DNA of 64,000 bases from Myxococcales bacterium UBA1238 (GCA_002309015.1 DBWM01000068.1:17108-81107), one strand, 5' to 3'. Shown: positions 44,223-53,982, counted from the stretch's first letter. Notes: generated from the letters alone by a model not told the origin. Made by a program: numbers and translations.

Positions 44223-45067
44223 ACGAAAACCTTTTGCTTTCTCGCGCATTTGACGATGATTTATCACCCGAAGAACAAGCGGAATTTGAAGCTCAGTTGA
44301 GTCAGTCTCCAGAACTTCAGGCTGAATGGGCAGAAATGTCGCAATGCCGGGATCTTTATCGCGACTACATCGAAGAAGAAGTCAAAAACGCTGATTTTTC
44401 GCAGTTTTACGACAAGATAGCAGCTCAGCTGCCACCGGTTCGCAAAAAAGAGAGCCGCCTCGTTGCTCTCGTCAAATCTTATTGGTCACATCACTGGATG
44501 CCCATGCTGTTCAGCTCTGCGGCCACCGCTGCTGTGGGCCTGATGATCTTCCATACGGCGCAGGTGACCCCCACGCCAAACGCTGCAGCCCCAATGGAAA
44601 TCGCTTCTGCGCATTCTCCACGGGCTGAAGCAGAGTTCAGAGAAGAGTCACCAAAGTTCGCTCCAGCCTTCGAAATGGCAAAAATGGAAGAACCCGAATA
44701 TGAAGCTGAACCTGCATTTGCAGCAGCTGCATCAGCACCTGCATTTGAAGCTGAGCGCCAGGTGGCCATGAGGGCGCCCAAGATGGCTCGAAAAGCCGCA
44801 AGCGCCAAGCGCGCAGCCCCCATGAAATCGGAGAAAGCAGCTGCAGTAGACGCAGACGCTGCTTCTTACGGCGCCCTTGCAGCTGCAATACCTTCACAGC
44901 CAGTGGAAAACGACGTTTTTGTTGATGCCGTGCAAAACTCCGGCCCCAGTGTAGTCCTGATCAGTCAGCCGTTGGAAAACAGTCCCACCATCGTCTGGCT
45001 TCTCGAAGATGAGGATGAAGCAGAGGACGATTCGGATGCGGATGCAGACGGCAAGGAGCCTATCTAA
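44219..45067 (+). CDS. Anti-sigma factor (single-pass membrane, RseA/RskA-like N-terminus)
   Basis: ATGA overlap with the sigma gene. The N-terminus is LSRAFDDDLSPEEQAEFEAQLSQSPELQAEWAEM and the TM segment is WMPMLFSSAATAAVGLMIF. The extracytoplasmic part is Ala-rich with an acidic tail. Confidence 0.6.
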   Translation: MNENLLLSRAFDDDLSPEEQAEFEAQLSQSPELQAEWAEMSQCRDLYRDYIEEEVKNADFSQFYDKIAAQLPPVRKKESRLVALVKSYWSHHWMPMLFSSAATAAVGLMIFHTAQVTPTPNAAAPMEIASAHSPRAEAEFREESPKFAPAFEMAKMEEPEYEAEPAFAAAASAPAFEAERQVAMRAPKMARKAASAKRAAPMKSEKAAAVDADAASYGALAAAIPSQPVENDVFVDAVQNSGPSVVLISQPLENSPTIVWLLEDEDEAEDDSDADADGKEPI

Positions 45068-45510
45068 TGAAAATGAAACTACTTTTTATTCTTTTTGCAT
45101 TTATAGGCTTTTTCTGCACACCCATCTCAAGCTGGGCCAAAGACGAGATCGGGCTCAAAGTGGTCGTCATTCACGCCACCCGAGATCCCGGAGGCGTCGA
45201 CAGCTCCTTAAAGCGCATCCAGAGCGCTTTAAAAGACAGCTTTGGCAACTATAAATCCTTTAAGCCATTGGCAAAAGCCGATATTCGCTTATCCAAAAAC
45301 GATAAGAGTCCCAAGCTCCAGTTGCCCAACGGACAAACGGCTTCATTCCGGTACGATGGCAAAGACGGAAAAAGCCATAAGCTCCACTTGTCGATTCCCA
45401 AGAGCAAGGTGAACGTCGATTTGCGCTCACCGCTCAAGCGGCCGTTCTTCCAGGCGGGCATGCGTTATCGGGAAGGTATCTTAATCTTAGCTTTGGTCCT
45501 GATGCCTTAA
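45067..45510 (+). CDS. Small secreted protein of unknown function (third gene of the ECF sigma locus)
   Basis: TAATG overlap. Signal peptide MKMKLLFILFAFIGFFCTPISSWA. I recognised no family. Confidence 0.5.
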   Translation: MKMKLLFILFAFIGFFCTPISSWAKDEIGLKVVVIHATRDPGGVDSSLKRIQSALKDSFGNYKSFKPLAKADIRLSKNDKSPKLQLPNGQTASFRYDGKDGKSHKLHLSIPKSKVNVDLRSPLKRPFFQAGMRYREGILILALVLMP

Positions 45511-45545
45511 CGAGAACGCCGCAATCTTCCTCTGCCCAAGCGCCC

Positions 45546-46961
45546 ATGACTTTGTATTCCAACCCCGAAAATCCCCTTACAATTCACCAAGTTACATCAC
45601 ATCTTCAGGAACTCATCTCACAGGACACACCGAACTTATGGATTGCGGGCGAAATCCAAAGCCTCAGCTTCGACAAGAGCAATCATTGCTATATGGATTT
45701 GATCGATCGCAGCGGACCAGAGCCTGCCCTGATCCGCTCGATCGTCTGGCGCCATATCCAGCCCAAACTGCCTCAAAAACCGGAGCAAGGTACAAAAATT
45801 GTCGCATATGGACGCATTTCCTATTACGCGCCGCGCGGGAATTATAGCTTTTGTATTGAAGATTTGCGCGCACAAGGGCTGGGCGACCAAAAAGCGCTGC
45901 TCGATGCCCTGTACCGCAAGCTCGCAGAAGAAGGCCTCTTTTCGCCTCAAAGAAAGCGGAAACTGCCCTTTTTGCCCAAAGGTATCGGCATCGTCACCAG
46001 CCGAACCGGCGCCGCATTGCGCGATATTTGCAAGACTTTACAGCCCCGATCGCCACAAATTCCGCTCTTCCTTTACCCCTCCCTGGTGCAGGGCGTCCGC
46101 GCTCCGGAAGAGATCGTGGAAGGTATTCAGCAATTAAGTCAGGATCCGCGCATCGACTGGATCATCGTCTCGCGAGGAGGCGGAAGTAGCGACGATCTCT
46201 CGGCTTTTAATGACGAGAGGGTGGTTCGGGCCATCGCCTCATGCCCAAAGCCCGTCATCACCGCCATCGGCCACGAGAGAGATTTAAGCCTGAGCGATCT
46301 GGCCTCGGATCGCTATACCTTCACCCCCACCGCCGCCGCCATGCTCGTGCCCGATCGCAATCAGCTTTATCAGGCGCTGGCGGATTACAACAATCGACTC
46401 GCCTTCTGCATCTCTCAAAAGCTATTAAATTCCAAACAGTTACACAACCACATCAACGCCAGACTCCTCTCAGCCGTCCGCCTCGATCCGCGCAAACTTT
46501 CTTTACAGCAGCTTCGGTCGCGTCTGGAGCCGGTGGGCCCGAATTTGTTAAAAGTGCAGCGCCTGCGACTTCAGAATCTTGCGCAAAGGCTGCAACAACA
46601 GGCGCCATCCCTGAGACTCGCGGAAGAAAAAAACAAGCTTGCCCATCATCGGGAGCATTTGCAAACCGCAATTCATCAGCTTTTGGACGCCCAAAAGCGC
46701 CGCCTGCAGCAGTCTGAAGGCGCGCTCACGCCGCAAACGGAAGCGATCGTAGCGGCATCGAGGATGAGATTCTCTCATAAAATTGCAGAGTTACAGGCAT
46801 TGTCGCCTTTGGCTTGTTTGTCGCGCGGATACAGCATCGCGCGGCAGTCTGGGCAGGTTTTAAAATCCGTTGAACAAGTGCATGCTGGTCCAGTCGAACT
46901 TCTCCTGGCGGACGGCCGAATCGAAGCAGAAGTCATCGCAATACATAAAAAACATGAGTGA
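45546..46961 (+). CDS. xseA: Exodeoxyribonuclease VII large subunit
   Basis: OB-fold N-terminus (LWIAGEIQSLSFDKSNHCYMDL), GIVTSRTGAALRDI, SRGGGSSDDLSAFNDE, and a long helical C-terminus. Confidence 0.85.
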   Translation: MTLYSNPENPLTIHQVTSHLQELISQDTPNLWIAGEIQSLSFDKSNHCYMDLIDRSGPEPALIRSIVWRHIQPKLPQKPEQGTKIVAYGRISYYAPRGNYSFCIEDLRAQGLGDQKALLDALYRKLAEEGLFSPQRKRKLPFLPKGIGIVTSRTGAALRDICKTLQPRSPQIPLFLYPSLVQGVRAPEEIVEGIQQLSQDPRIDWIIVSRGGGSSDDLSAFNDERVVRAIASCPKPVITAIGHERDLSLSDLASDRYTFTPTAAAMLVPDRNQLYQALADYNNRLAFCISQKLLNSKQLHNHINARLLSAVRLDPRKLSLQQLRSRLEPVGPNLLKVQRLRLQNLAQRLQQQAPSLRLAEEKNKLAHHREHLQTAIHQLLDAQKRRLQQSEGALTPQTEAIVAASRMRFSHKIAELQALSPLACLSRGYSIARQSGQVLKSVEQVHAGPVELLLADGRIEAEVIAIHKKHE

Positions 46962-47151
46962 TTCCAAGAACTTTGAAGAAACAATGACCGAGCTCGAAGC
47001 CATCGTAAAGCAGCTCGAAAGTGGGAATTTATCGCTCGACGAAGCGCTCAGGCTTTACGAACAAGGCATCAAGCTTTCCAATCACGGCAACCAACTGCTC
47101 GAAGGCGCTGAGCAGCGTTTAGAAGAACTCAAAAAGGTTTCAAATCCATGA
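46954..47151 (+). CDS. xseB: Exodeoxyribonuclease VII small subunit
   Basis: Inner start at ATG 46954 (8-nt overlap with xseA). FEETMTELEAIVKQLESGNLSLDEALRLYEQGIKL. Confidence 0.85.
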   Translation: MSDSKNFEETMTELEAIVKQLESGNLSLDEALRLYEQGIKLSNHGNQLLEGAEQRLEELKKVSNP

Positions 47152-47969
47152 GCGTATTGGACGAAGTTTTGGCGCGAATCATGCCGCAATTTGAAAAATC
47201 CCTTCAAAATTACGCATCTCGCTTCGATCTCTTCCCGGCTCCATTGGGAGAGGCGATGCGCTATGCGCTGTTTGGCGGAGGAAAGCGGATTCGCCCACAA
47301 CTGGCGATGCTCGGAGCGGAAGCGGCGGGAGGCAACGCGACTGCGGCCATTCCATGGGCGATGGCGATCGAAATGGTTCACACCTACAGCCTGATCCACG
47401 ACGATCTGCCGGCTATGGACAACGACGATATGCGCCGGGGTCGCCCCACCTGTCATCGCGCCTTTGGTGAAGCCAACGCCATATTGGCGGGAGATGCCCT
47501 GTTGACCGAAGCGTTTGCGGTCATCGCTCAGGATCCAGCGCTCACAGCCCTGCTCGCTCAGGCCGCCGGAGGCCAGGGAATGGTGGGCGGCCAGGTCTCC
47601 GATGTTAAAGGGAAAATCAAGAATTTAAGCGAACTTGAACGCATGCAGGCCGCAAAAACCGGCGCGCTCATTCAGGCTGCGGTCATGGGTGGCGCCATCG
47701 CCTCTCACGCGCCGAGCATGCGCATCGAAGTCCTTCAAAAATTTGGCCGCGCCCTTGGACTGCTCTTTCAACTGACCGACGATTTGCTCGATGCCGACCA
47801 GGATCGCGCCCGGGACAGCAACAGTTTTCTTCACCATATGTCGGCAGAAAAAGTGCTCGAACGCCGCGATACGGTCGCCGATGAAGCGCGCAGCTTCTTG
47901 GCCCATCTGGGCTCCGCCGCCGCCCCGCTCCTCGAACTCACCGGCCGAATTCAGAAGCGAAATCAATAA
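47148..47969 (+). CDS. ispA: Polyprenyl (farnesyl/geranylgeranyl) diphosphate synthase
   Basis: LIHDDLPAMDNDDMRRG (first DDxxD) and FQLTDDLLD (second). ATGA overlap with xseB. Confidence 0.85.
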   Translation: MSVLDEVLARIMPQFEKSLQNYASRFDLFPAPLGEAMRYALFGGGKRIRPQLAMLGAEAAGGNATAAIPWAMAIEMVHTYSLIHDDLPAMDNDDMRRGRPTCHRAFGEANAILAGDALLTEAFAVIAQDPALTALLAQAAGGQGMVGGQVSDVKGKIKNLSELERMQAAKTGALIQAAVMGGAIASHAPSMRIEVLQKFGRALGLLFQLTDDLLDADQDRARDSNSFLHHMSAEKVLERRDTVADEARSFLAHLGSAAAPLLELTGRIQKRNQ

Positions 47970-47970
47970 G

Positions 47971-48708
47971 ATGCCCCGCATTCATGCCGATCAACTCCTT
48001 GTAGAACGCGGCCTGGCCAACGATTTGCAGCAGGCGCGGGCGCTGATCATGGAAGGCGTGGTCGTGGCCAACGATCACCGCGTGGAAAAACCCGGTGAGC
48101 AGCTCAGGTCCGATTCAGAAATCCGATTAAAAAACGAGTACTTAAAGCGAACTTATGTGAGTCGGGGCGGCTTTAAACTGGCCACAGCCATCGATGCTTT
48201 TCGCTTGTCCGTCTCGCAGCGCGTCTGCCTCGATTTGGGCGCATCTACGGGCGGCTTTACCGATTGCCTGCTGCAGCATGGCGCAAAGCGCGTTTACGCG
48301 GTGGATGTGGGCGTGGGATTGCTGCATTGGAAGCTGGTCAAGGATCCGCGCGTTCTTCGCCTCGAAGGCACGCATGCCCGCGATTTAACAAGGGATTTGG
48401 TGCCCGATCCGATCGAGTTTCTTTGCGCCGATATTTCATTTAATGCGCTCAGCCGCGTCATTCCGCCCTGCCTGCCCCTGCTCGCCCCTCGCGCAGATTT
48501 GGTGTTATTGGTGAAGCCTCAGTTTGAGCTGACCAAAGAAGAGGTGGACACAGGCGGCATCGTCCGCGATCCGGAGCTCCGCGAAAAAGCCTGCCAGCAG
48601 GTCCAGGCCGAACTCGAAGCGCTCGGACTCCACCCTCAGGGACTCGTCCCCTCCGCCATCCAGGGCACTCAGGGCAACCAGGAATTCTTACTGTGGATGC
48701 AGAATTAG
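47971..48708 (+). CDS. tlyA: TlyA-family rRNA 2'-O-methyltransferase (S4 domain + FtsJ-like)
   Basis: Inner start at ATG 47971. RIHADQLLVERGLANDLQQARALIMEGVV (S4), YVSRGGFKL and CLDLGASTGGFTDCLLQHGAKRVYAVDVG. Confidence 0.85.
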   Translation: MPRIHADQLLVERGLANDLQQARALIMEGVVVANDHRVEKPGEQLRSDSEIRLKNEYLKRTYVSRGGFKLATAIDAFRLSVSQRVCLDLGASTGGFTDCLLQHGAKRVYAVDVGVGLLHWKLVKDPRVLRLEGTHARDLTRDLVPDPIEFLCADISFNALSRVIPPCLPLLAPRADLVLLVKPQFELTKEEVDTGGIVRDPELREKACQQVQAELEALGLHPQGLVPSAIQGTQGNQEFLLWMQN

Positions 48709-49460
48709 CGACTCATCATTTCGGTGACGATGGGTCGCAAATCTGAAAGCGCCTTTGCCCGAATCTGGCTCACCCTCGATTCCGTCACGCCCAGCATGGA
48801 ACCGATCTCTTTGAGGTTTAAATCTTCAAAATAGTAGAGCGAAAGGACCAGCCGCTCGCGCTCGGGCAAGCGGTTTAATGCCTGAAAGATGACCGCTGTC
48901 GAATTGCTTTTTTCGCTCCAAAATTCAGGAGTTGCAGCATTCGAATCGGCGATGGACTCCAGCAGGCTGCGCCTTCTGCCCTGAATCTCGACATCATCAT
49001 ACGAAAGCACATTTCGCGCATGGGCTTTGAGGCGCATATGGTGAAACTGCTCGGTCGTCAGCTCTAATTCTTCAGCCAGCTCGCCTTCGGTCGGTTCCCG
49101 CCCCAGCCTGTCGCCCAGTTTTTGACGTACTGAGTCAAGATTCCCCATCTGCTTGCGCACCGTTCTCGGCACCCAATCGAGGGATCGCAATTCGTCGATC
49201 ATCGCGCCGCGAATGCGAATTTCGATATAGGCATGAAACGAGCTGCCCTTGTCGCTGGAATATTTTTCAACCGCATCGATCAAACCGATCACGCCGGCCA
49301 TTTTGAGATCATCCAGCGAGACGGAGGCCGGCAGGCGTTTGATCAGTTTTTCGGCAATATGACCGATCAGCGGCCAATAGCGCTCGATCACGCGATTGCG
49401 TTCCTCGAGCGTATTTGGAGAGATTTGAGCTTGTTCCTTTTGATCCCCGCTCCAGCTCAT
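48705..49460 (-). CDS. fliA: Sigma-28 type RNA polymerase sigma factor (FliA/WhiG family)
   Basis: YIEIRIRGAMIDELRSLDWVPRTVRKQ and LSLYYFEDLNLKEIGSMLGVTESRVSQIRAKAL. Confidence 0.75.
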   Translation of the reverse strand: MSWSGDQKEQAQISPNTLEERNRVIERYWPLIGHIAEKLIKRLPASVSLDDLKMAGVIGLIDAVEKYSSDKGSSFHAYIEIRIRGAMIDELRSLDWVPRTVRKQMGNLDSVRQKLGDRLGREPTEGELAEELELTTEQFHHMRLKAHARNVLSYDDVEIQGRRRSLLESIADSNAATPEFWSEKSNSTAVIFQALNRLPERERLVLSLYYFEDLNLKEIGSMLGVTESRVSQIRAKALSDLRPIVTEMMSR

Positions 49461-49502
49461 GAGGCGTTCACGCCATAAGAAAAATCTTTTAATTTCAAAC
49501 CA

Positions 49503-50267
49503 TTACGCTTCTTCAACGCGAACCAGCACGACCGTCACGTTGTCGTTGCCGCCGTTGGCGTTGGCTTCGTCGATCAGCTTTTCGCAAGCTTGTTCCAGAT
49601 CGGGTTCAGCAGCCAGAATCTCGGCCATCCTGGCATCGTTGACCATGCCCGAAAGGCCGTCCGAGCAAAGCAAGAAGACGTCGCCCTGCTGCAAATCCTC
49701 TTGCCTCACGTCCACCTGCACCGAATCCTTCATCCCCAGCGCGCGCACGATCACGTTTTTATGCGGGAACGACTCGATCTCTTCGGGGGTCATCTGCCGC
49801 ATTTTGATGTAATCGTTCAGCAGCGAGTGATCCGTCGTCATCTGTTCGAGCGCGCTGTCGCGATAACGGTAGATGCGGCTGTCGCCTACGTGAGCAATGA
49901 AACATTTTGATTGATGGCAATAGAGCGTAACGATGGTGGTGCCCATGCCCTTGAGTTTTGCATCCCGACCAGCGGATTCAAAGATGCGCCGATTGGCCAG
50001 CTTAATGCCTACAACCACGCGATTTTCTTCGTAATCCCGGTCATGCTCCATCTTGAAAGGCCAGGTCGTCTCTTCGTCTTCCGCCGTCGAGCGAAAGAAC
50101 TCCGAAACCGTCTCCACCGCCATTTGGCTGGCCACTTCACCCGAAGCGTGCCCCCCCATCCCGTCTGCAACAATAAAAAGATCGTACTCGCGACAAATCC
50201 GCAAGCTGTCTTCATTATGAGGGCGCTTCATGCCCACGTTGGTTCGACCGCTAGATATGAGTTTCAT
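49503..50267 (-). CDS. PP2C-family Ser/Thr protein phosphatase
   Basis: GMKRPHNEDS...VADGMGGHASGEVAS...GTTIV...HVGDSRIY...CSDGLSGMV...GGNDNVTVVLV. Confidence 0.9.
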   Translation of the reverse strand: MKLISSGRTNVGMKRPHNEDSLRICREYDLFIVADGMGGHASGEVASQMAVETVSEFFRSTAEDEETTWPFKMEHDRDYEENRVVVGIKLANRRIFESAGRDAKLKGMGTTIVTLYCHQSKCFIAHVGDSRIYRYRDSALEQMTTDHSLLNDYIKMRQMTPEEIESFPHKNVIVRALGMKDSVQVDVRQEDLQQGDVFLLCSDGLSGMVNDARMAEILAAEPDLEQACEKLIDEANANGGNDNVTVVLVRVEEA

Positions 50268-50371
50268 CAGGTTCCTCTCGGGCCCGCAATGCGGTAGATC
50301 TATACGCGAGCGCGATCAAATCGCAAGACAAGCATTCACAAAATCACAAATTCTTTTCTGCAGGGCCATCG

Positions 50372-51151
50372 ATGAAAGTTTCATATCTATTTAAAAACAA
50401 AAGACTTTTTAGCATTTTACTGGTTCTCGCTGCGCATTGCTGGGGTTGCGGTGGCTCAGTCCCCAAGCCCGAAAACTTTACCGAAGACGCAGAAGTCATC
50501 CTTCAACCCATCGCCGATCGCGCCGTCGAAAGCCTGAGCGCTGAACTGCATCTGGACGCCTGGCAAGGCGGAGAACGCGTGAAATTCCAGCAGCTGATCG
50601 CCGTTCAAAAGCCCGATCACCTGCGCATCGACAGCCTATCTCCCTTTGGACAACCCCTTTCAACCCTGGTCTCCGATGGGGAGACGATCTCCATTTACTC
50701 TCAAAAAGATCGCAAGTTTTACAGCGGAGCCGCAACGCCTCAGAATCTGGCACGCCTGTTGCCGATTCAGATGCATCCGAGCGAGCTCTCGGCCCTGCTT
50801 CGCGCCGAAATCCCCATCATCGACTATCAGACCGCCCAGGTTTCGTGGGACGGTGATGCGGGCAGAACCGTGGTTGTGCTGCAAAACCAGTCAGAGCAAC
50901 AGATTTTGCGCATTGAGCCCAAGCGGCAGCTGGTTACCCAAAGCGAGGTCAAAACCCAGAACGCGCTCCGATACCGCGCACAACTGGGCGACTACAGCTC
51001 CGACGCCAAACCGTTCCCCAGGCGCATGCGGCTCGAATCCGGCGATTTTAAGGTCGAGATCGAGGTGAAAGATCACCGCATCGATATTGAACTGGCGGAC
51101 GAAACCTTCGAGCTCTATCCGCCGAAGGGTGTGCCACAAATTCAGCTGTGA
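50372..51151 (+). CDS. Probable outer-membrane lipoprotein, LolB-like/DUF4292
   Basis: The signal ends in AAHCWGCGG. LHLDAWQGGERVKFQQLIAVQKPDHLRIDSLSPFGQPLSTLVSDGETISIYSQKDRKFY matches the LolA/LolB-fold DUF4292 pattern. Confidence 0.5.
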   Translation: MKVSYLFKNKRLFSILLVLAAHCWGCGGSVPKPENFTEDAEVILQPIADRAVESLSAELHLDAWQGGERVKFQQLIAVQKPDHLRIDSLSPFGQPLSTLVSDGETISIYSQKDRKFYSGAATPQNLARLLPIQMHPSELSALLRAEIPIIDYQTAQVSWDGDAGRTVVVLQNQSEQQILRIEPKRQLVTQSEVKTQNALRYRAQLGDYSSDAKPFPRRMRLESGDFKVEIEVKDHRIDIELADETFELYPPKGVPQIQL

Positions 51152-51160
51152 CAACCGTTT

Positions 51161-52660
51161 TTACGGTTTGTACTGGTGCAGGAACTCGAGCATTCCGTCC
51201 TGCGCCTGCCACGCATTCCAGGCCTTGCCCGCCAAATCGTTGACTAAAATCGAAAACAGTGCCTGGCTGCCGTCGCCCAGAGTCACGTAACCCGAAAGGC
51301 AGCTCACTCCGTCGAGGGTGCCCGTTTTCGCCCGCACCGCTCCCGCCGGTAAACCCTTTAAACGCTTGCGCAAAGTGCCGTCCTGACCGCCAATCGCGAG
51401 CGAAGACAGGAATTCGGGCGCAATGGCGCTGCTTTCGACCACCCAACGCAAAAGTTTGACCCATTGACGCGCCGAAAACGAAGTCTCGCCAAACAGGCCC
51501 GATCCGTTGACGTATTTAACGCCAGTGATACCAACAGTTTTTTCTAAAAACTGGCGAACCGCCGCTGCCCCTGAAACCGATTTGCCGTCTCCGCCTTGCT
51601 TGACGCTGATGGCGCGCAGAAGCGTCTCGGCCATAAAGTTATTCGAGAACTTGTTGACATCGCTGACCAGGCGCCAAACCGGATCGGAACTGTAGCGCGC
51701 AAGCCGCTTGCGATTTTGGGGCGCCTTGCCCAGCCGGACCTTTCCCCCCACTGTAACTCCAGCCTTTTCAAGCGCTTTTTTGACCGCATATCCTGTAAAC
51801 AGAGGAGGATTGTCGATGCGCTTGCGCACGGTGACCCCGCGATGATTGACGGGAATCTGGCCCGAGACGAGGATTCTCGTGCGATCTTTATGCGGCTTCG
51901 AGCTGATTTTGAGCTGTTCTTTGCCTTTTTGGACCGTAACCGCAGTATTCTGCAAATCAATATAGCCTCCACCGGGCTGGAAGCTCACTTTGGGCGCCTC
52001 CCCTGCTTTTCCGGGCGTCACGGTGATTTTGACCGCATTAAAATCCAGGCTCGCCGCGCTCGTGGCCGCCCGATAGGCCGCATCGTCGTCGGGTTTATCG
52101 CCATAACCGGGGGGCAGGTGATCGCCTGCAAAAAAGCTCTCGTCCACCACCAGATCACCGCGAATCTTCTTTAATCCTGCATCCTTAGCGTCTTCAATCA
52201 GGCGCCAGAGATGTTCATCCATCAGGCGGGAATCGCCACCGCCCACAAAATACGCCTCGCCCGCAACCCCTTGTTCCAGATGGTCAACCGCCAAATCTGT
52301 ATCAAACGTATAGGCAGCGCTCAAAAGCTGCAGCGCAGCGGCCGTGGTGGCCAGCTTGGTATTGGAAGCGGGATGCAGCATCCGATCGGGATCGCGGCTG
52401 TAAAGCAGCTTTTTTGTGGGCAAATGCTCAATCAAAACGCTGACTTTGGCCGAAGAGAGCGGCTTTTTTTCAAAAAAGGCATCGAACCGCTCGCGCAACT
52501 CCGCCACGCCCTGACTTTGCGCCTTTGAAGGCTTCGATACTTCAGCAGCAACGGGCTCCGATGGCTGATCATTCTGAGGATCGGGCAAATCCTCGGGATT
52601 TTCCTGGGCAAAAAGAAGAGCTGGAAAACAAAGGATGAAAAAGAAAAGGCGTGAAAGCAT
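51161..52660 (-). CDS. dacB: D-alanyl-D-alanine carboxypeptidase/endopeptidase (PBP4, S13 family)
   Basis: Signal peptide, HPASNTKL (SxxK), VNGSGL, and KTGTLDGVSCLSGY (KTG). Confidence 0.85.
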   Translation of the reverse strand: MLSRLFFFILCFPALLFAQENPEDLPDPQNDQPSEPVAAEVSKPSKAQSQGVAELRERFDAFFEKKPLSSAKVSVLIEHLPTKKLLYSRDPDRMLHPASNTKLATTAAALQLLSAAYTFDTDLAVDHLEQGVAGEAYFVGGGDSRLMDEHLWRLIEDAKDAGLKKIRGDLVVDESFFAGDHLPPGYGDKPDDDAAYRAATSAASLDFNAVKITVTPGKAGEAPKVSFQPGGGYIDLQNTAVTVQKGKEQLKISSKPHKDRTRILVSGQIPVNHRGVTVRKRIDNPPLFTGYAVKKALEKAGVTVGGKVRLGKAPQNRKRLARYSSDPVWRLVSDVNKFSNNFMAETLLRAISVKQGGDGKSVSGAAAVRQFLEKTVGITGVKYVNGSGLFGETSFSARQWVKLLRWVVESSAIAPEFLSSLAIGGQDGTLRKRLKGLPAGAVRAKTGTLDGVSCLSGYVTLGDGSQALFSILVNDLAGKAWNAWQAQDGMLEFLHQYKP

Positions 52661-52678
52661 TTGAATTCTTTATAGAAA

Positions 52679-53971
52679 TCAGGGGATGACAGGGCAGTTG
52701 CCGGCCTCGTTGCCCCCATCATATGCGCATCTGAAGCCCACAAGCGGTGAAGGATTGCGACCATAAGATCGGGCGTTGAGGCGCGCTTCACAAAGCTTTG
52801 ATGACTCAAAATGGCCACCCCGAATCACATGCGATTCCGCTTGTGCCACCTTTAACTCGGTCGAAATCAGCGCGTGGCCGTCAAAGTTTTCGCGGGGTTT
52901 GCACCAGGGCAGCCAAAAAGAAGACTGGTTGAGTTCTGAAACCGCCGTCCAATGGCGAATGTTGGAGCAAACCGCCACAGAGGAATCGCCGCAGGCCTTG
53001 AGGCAGTCATCCATGCCAGCTTCACAATAAGACACGCAATCCTTGCGATTTTCGGAGCAATTCGCCCCATTCCATTCACAGGCGTCTTCGGCGAACTGTC
53101 GTAAGTACTTGCAAGTACACTGGAATTCGCAAGGCATGCTCGAGAACTGATCGGAGAGGCATTCGGAAGCCTGCTGAGTCAATACATCGGCCTTTAACTG
53201 AGGCCACAAGCCATCGCTGCTGACCTGGAACTGTTTAAAATCGGTAGAAGGGCTGCAATAAGCCCAGAAATCGAAGACATCGGCCACCCATTCCTGTGCA
53301 TTTCCGGCTAAGTCATACACATTATCGATGGTCTTATCGATCTCTGAATGCATGACCGGCTGAACGGTGTTCTGGGTGCAAAAACCGAGCGCTGGCGGTG
53401 CTTTTTCGTCATCGGAGGAGGCGCAGGTGCCCATTTTGACAGCACCGGGAAGCCAGACATATGAAGGCCCCTCATCCCCTGCAGTGCCGTCGTAACTCCC
53501 TATTTTTGCAGCATATTCCCACTCTGCTTCGCTCGGCAGACGACCTCCCTGACGCTCGCAGTAATGCGCGGCATCTTCCCAGGACACACCGAGCACCGGG
53601 TAATCGCCGTAGCGCTTCAAACTGGAGTAGTAACCAGAGATTTGAGCATCGCTGTCCGGGCTGCCGGCAGAAGTTTCGCGCGGTTTCTGACAATCCCCCG
53701 TTTCCACGCAATAGCGATATTGCGCCACCGTCACTTCATGTTGATCAATGCAAAAAGGCTTTAATTTTACAGTGTTGCGGATCGTTGCGGACTGAGCCAC
53801 CGGGTCGCAGGGAATCTCATTCGCTGCAGCATCAGAACAAGGATCGCGTTCCTGACTGCCCATCACAAAACTTCCACCGGGCAAAGCGATGACGGCGGTC
53901 GCTTGCGGCGGCTCGATCCCTTCGGAACAGGAGGCCAAGGCTAAGGCAACTAATAAAAGATAACGCCGCAT
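52679..53971 (-). CDS. Lipoprotein with a formylglycine-generating-enzyme (SUMF1/FGE) fold and a Cys-rich insertion
   Basis: Signal MRRYLLLVALALASC. GGSFVMGS...HEVTVAQY...YPVLGVSWEDAAHYCERQGGRLPSEAEWEYAA...NAQEWVAD...VIRGGHFES...VGFRCA. A Cys-rich segment of about 130 aa lies between EWVAD and RGGHF. Confidence 0.75.
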   Translation of the reverse strand: MRRYLLLVALALASCSEGIEPPQATAVIALPGGSFVMGSQERDPCSDAAANEIPCDPVAQSATIRNTVKLKPFCIDQHEVTVAQYRYCVETGDCQKPRETSAGSPDSDAQISGYYSSLKRYGDYPVLGVSWEDAAHYCERQGGRLPSEAEWEYAAKIGSYDGTAGDEGPSYVWLPGAVKMGTCASSDDEKAPPALGFCTQNTVQPVMHSEIDKTIDNVYDLAGNAQEWVADVFDFWAYCSPSTDFKQFQVSSDGLWPQLKADVLTQQASECLSDQFSSMPCEFQCTCKYLRQFAEDACEWNGANCSENRKDCVSYCEAGMDDCLKACGDSSVAVCSNIRHWTAVSELNQSSFWLPWCKPRENFDGHALISTELKVAQAESHVIRGGHFESSKLCEARLNARSYGRNPSPLVGFRCAYDGGNEAGNCPVIP

Positions 53972-53982
53972 CTCAAATCCCT

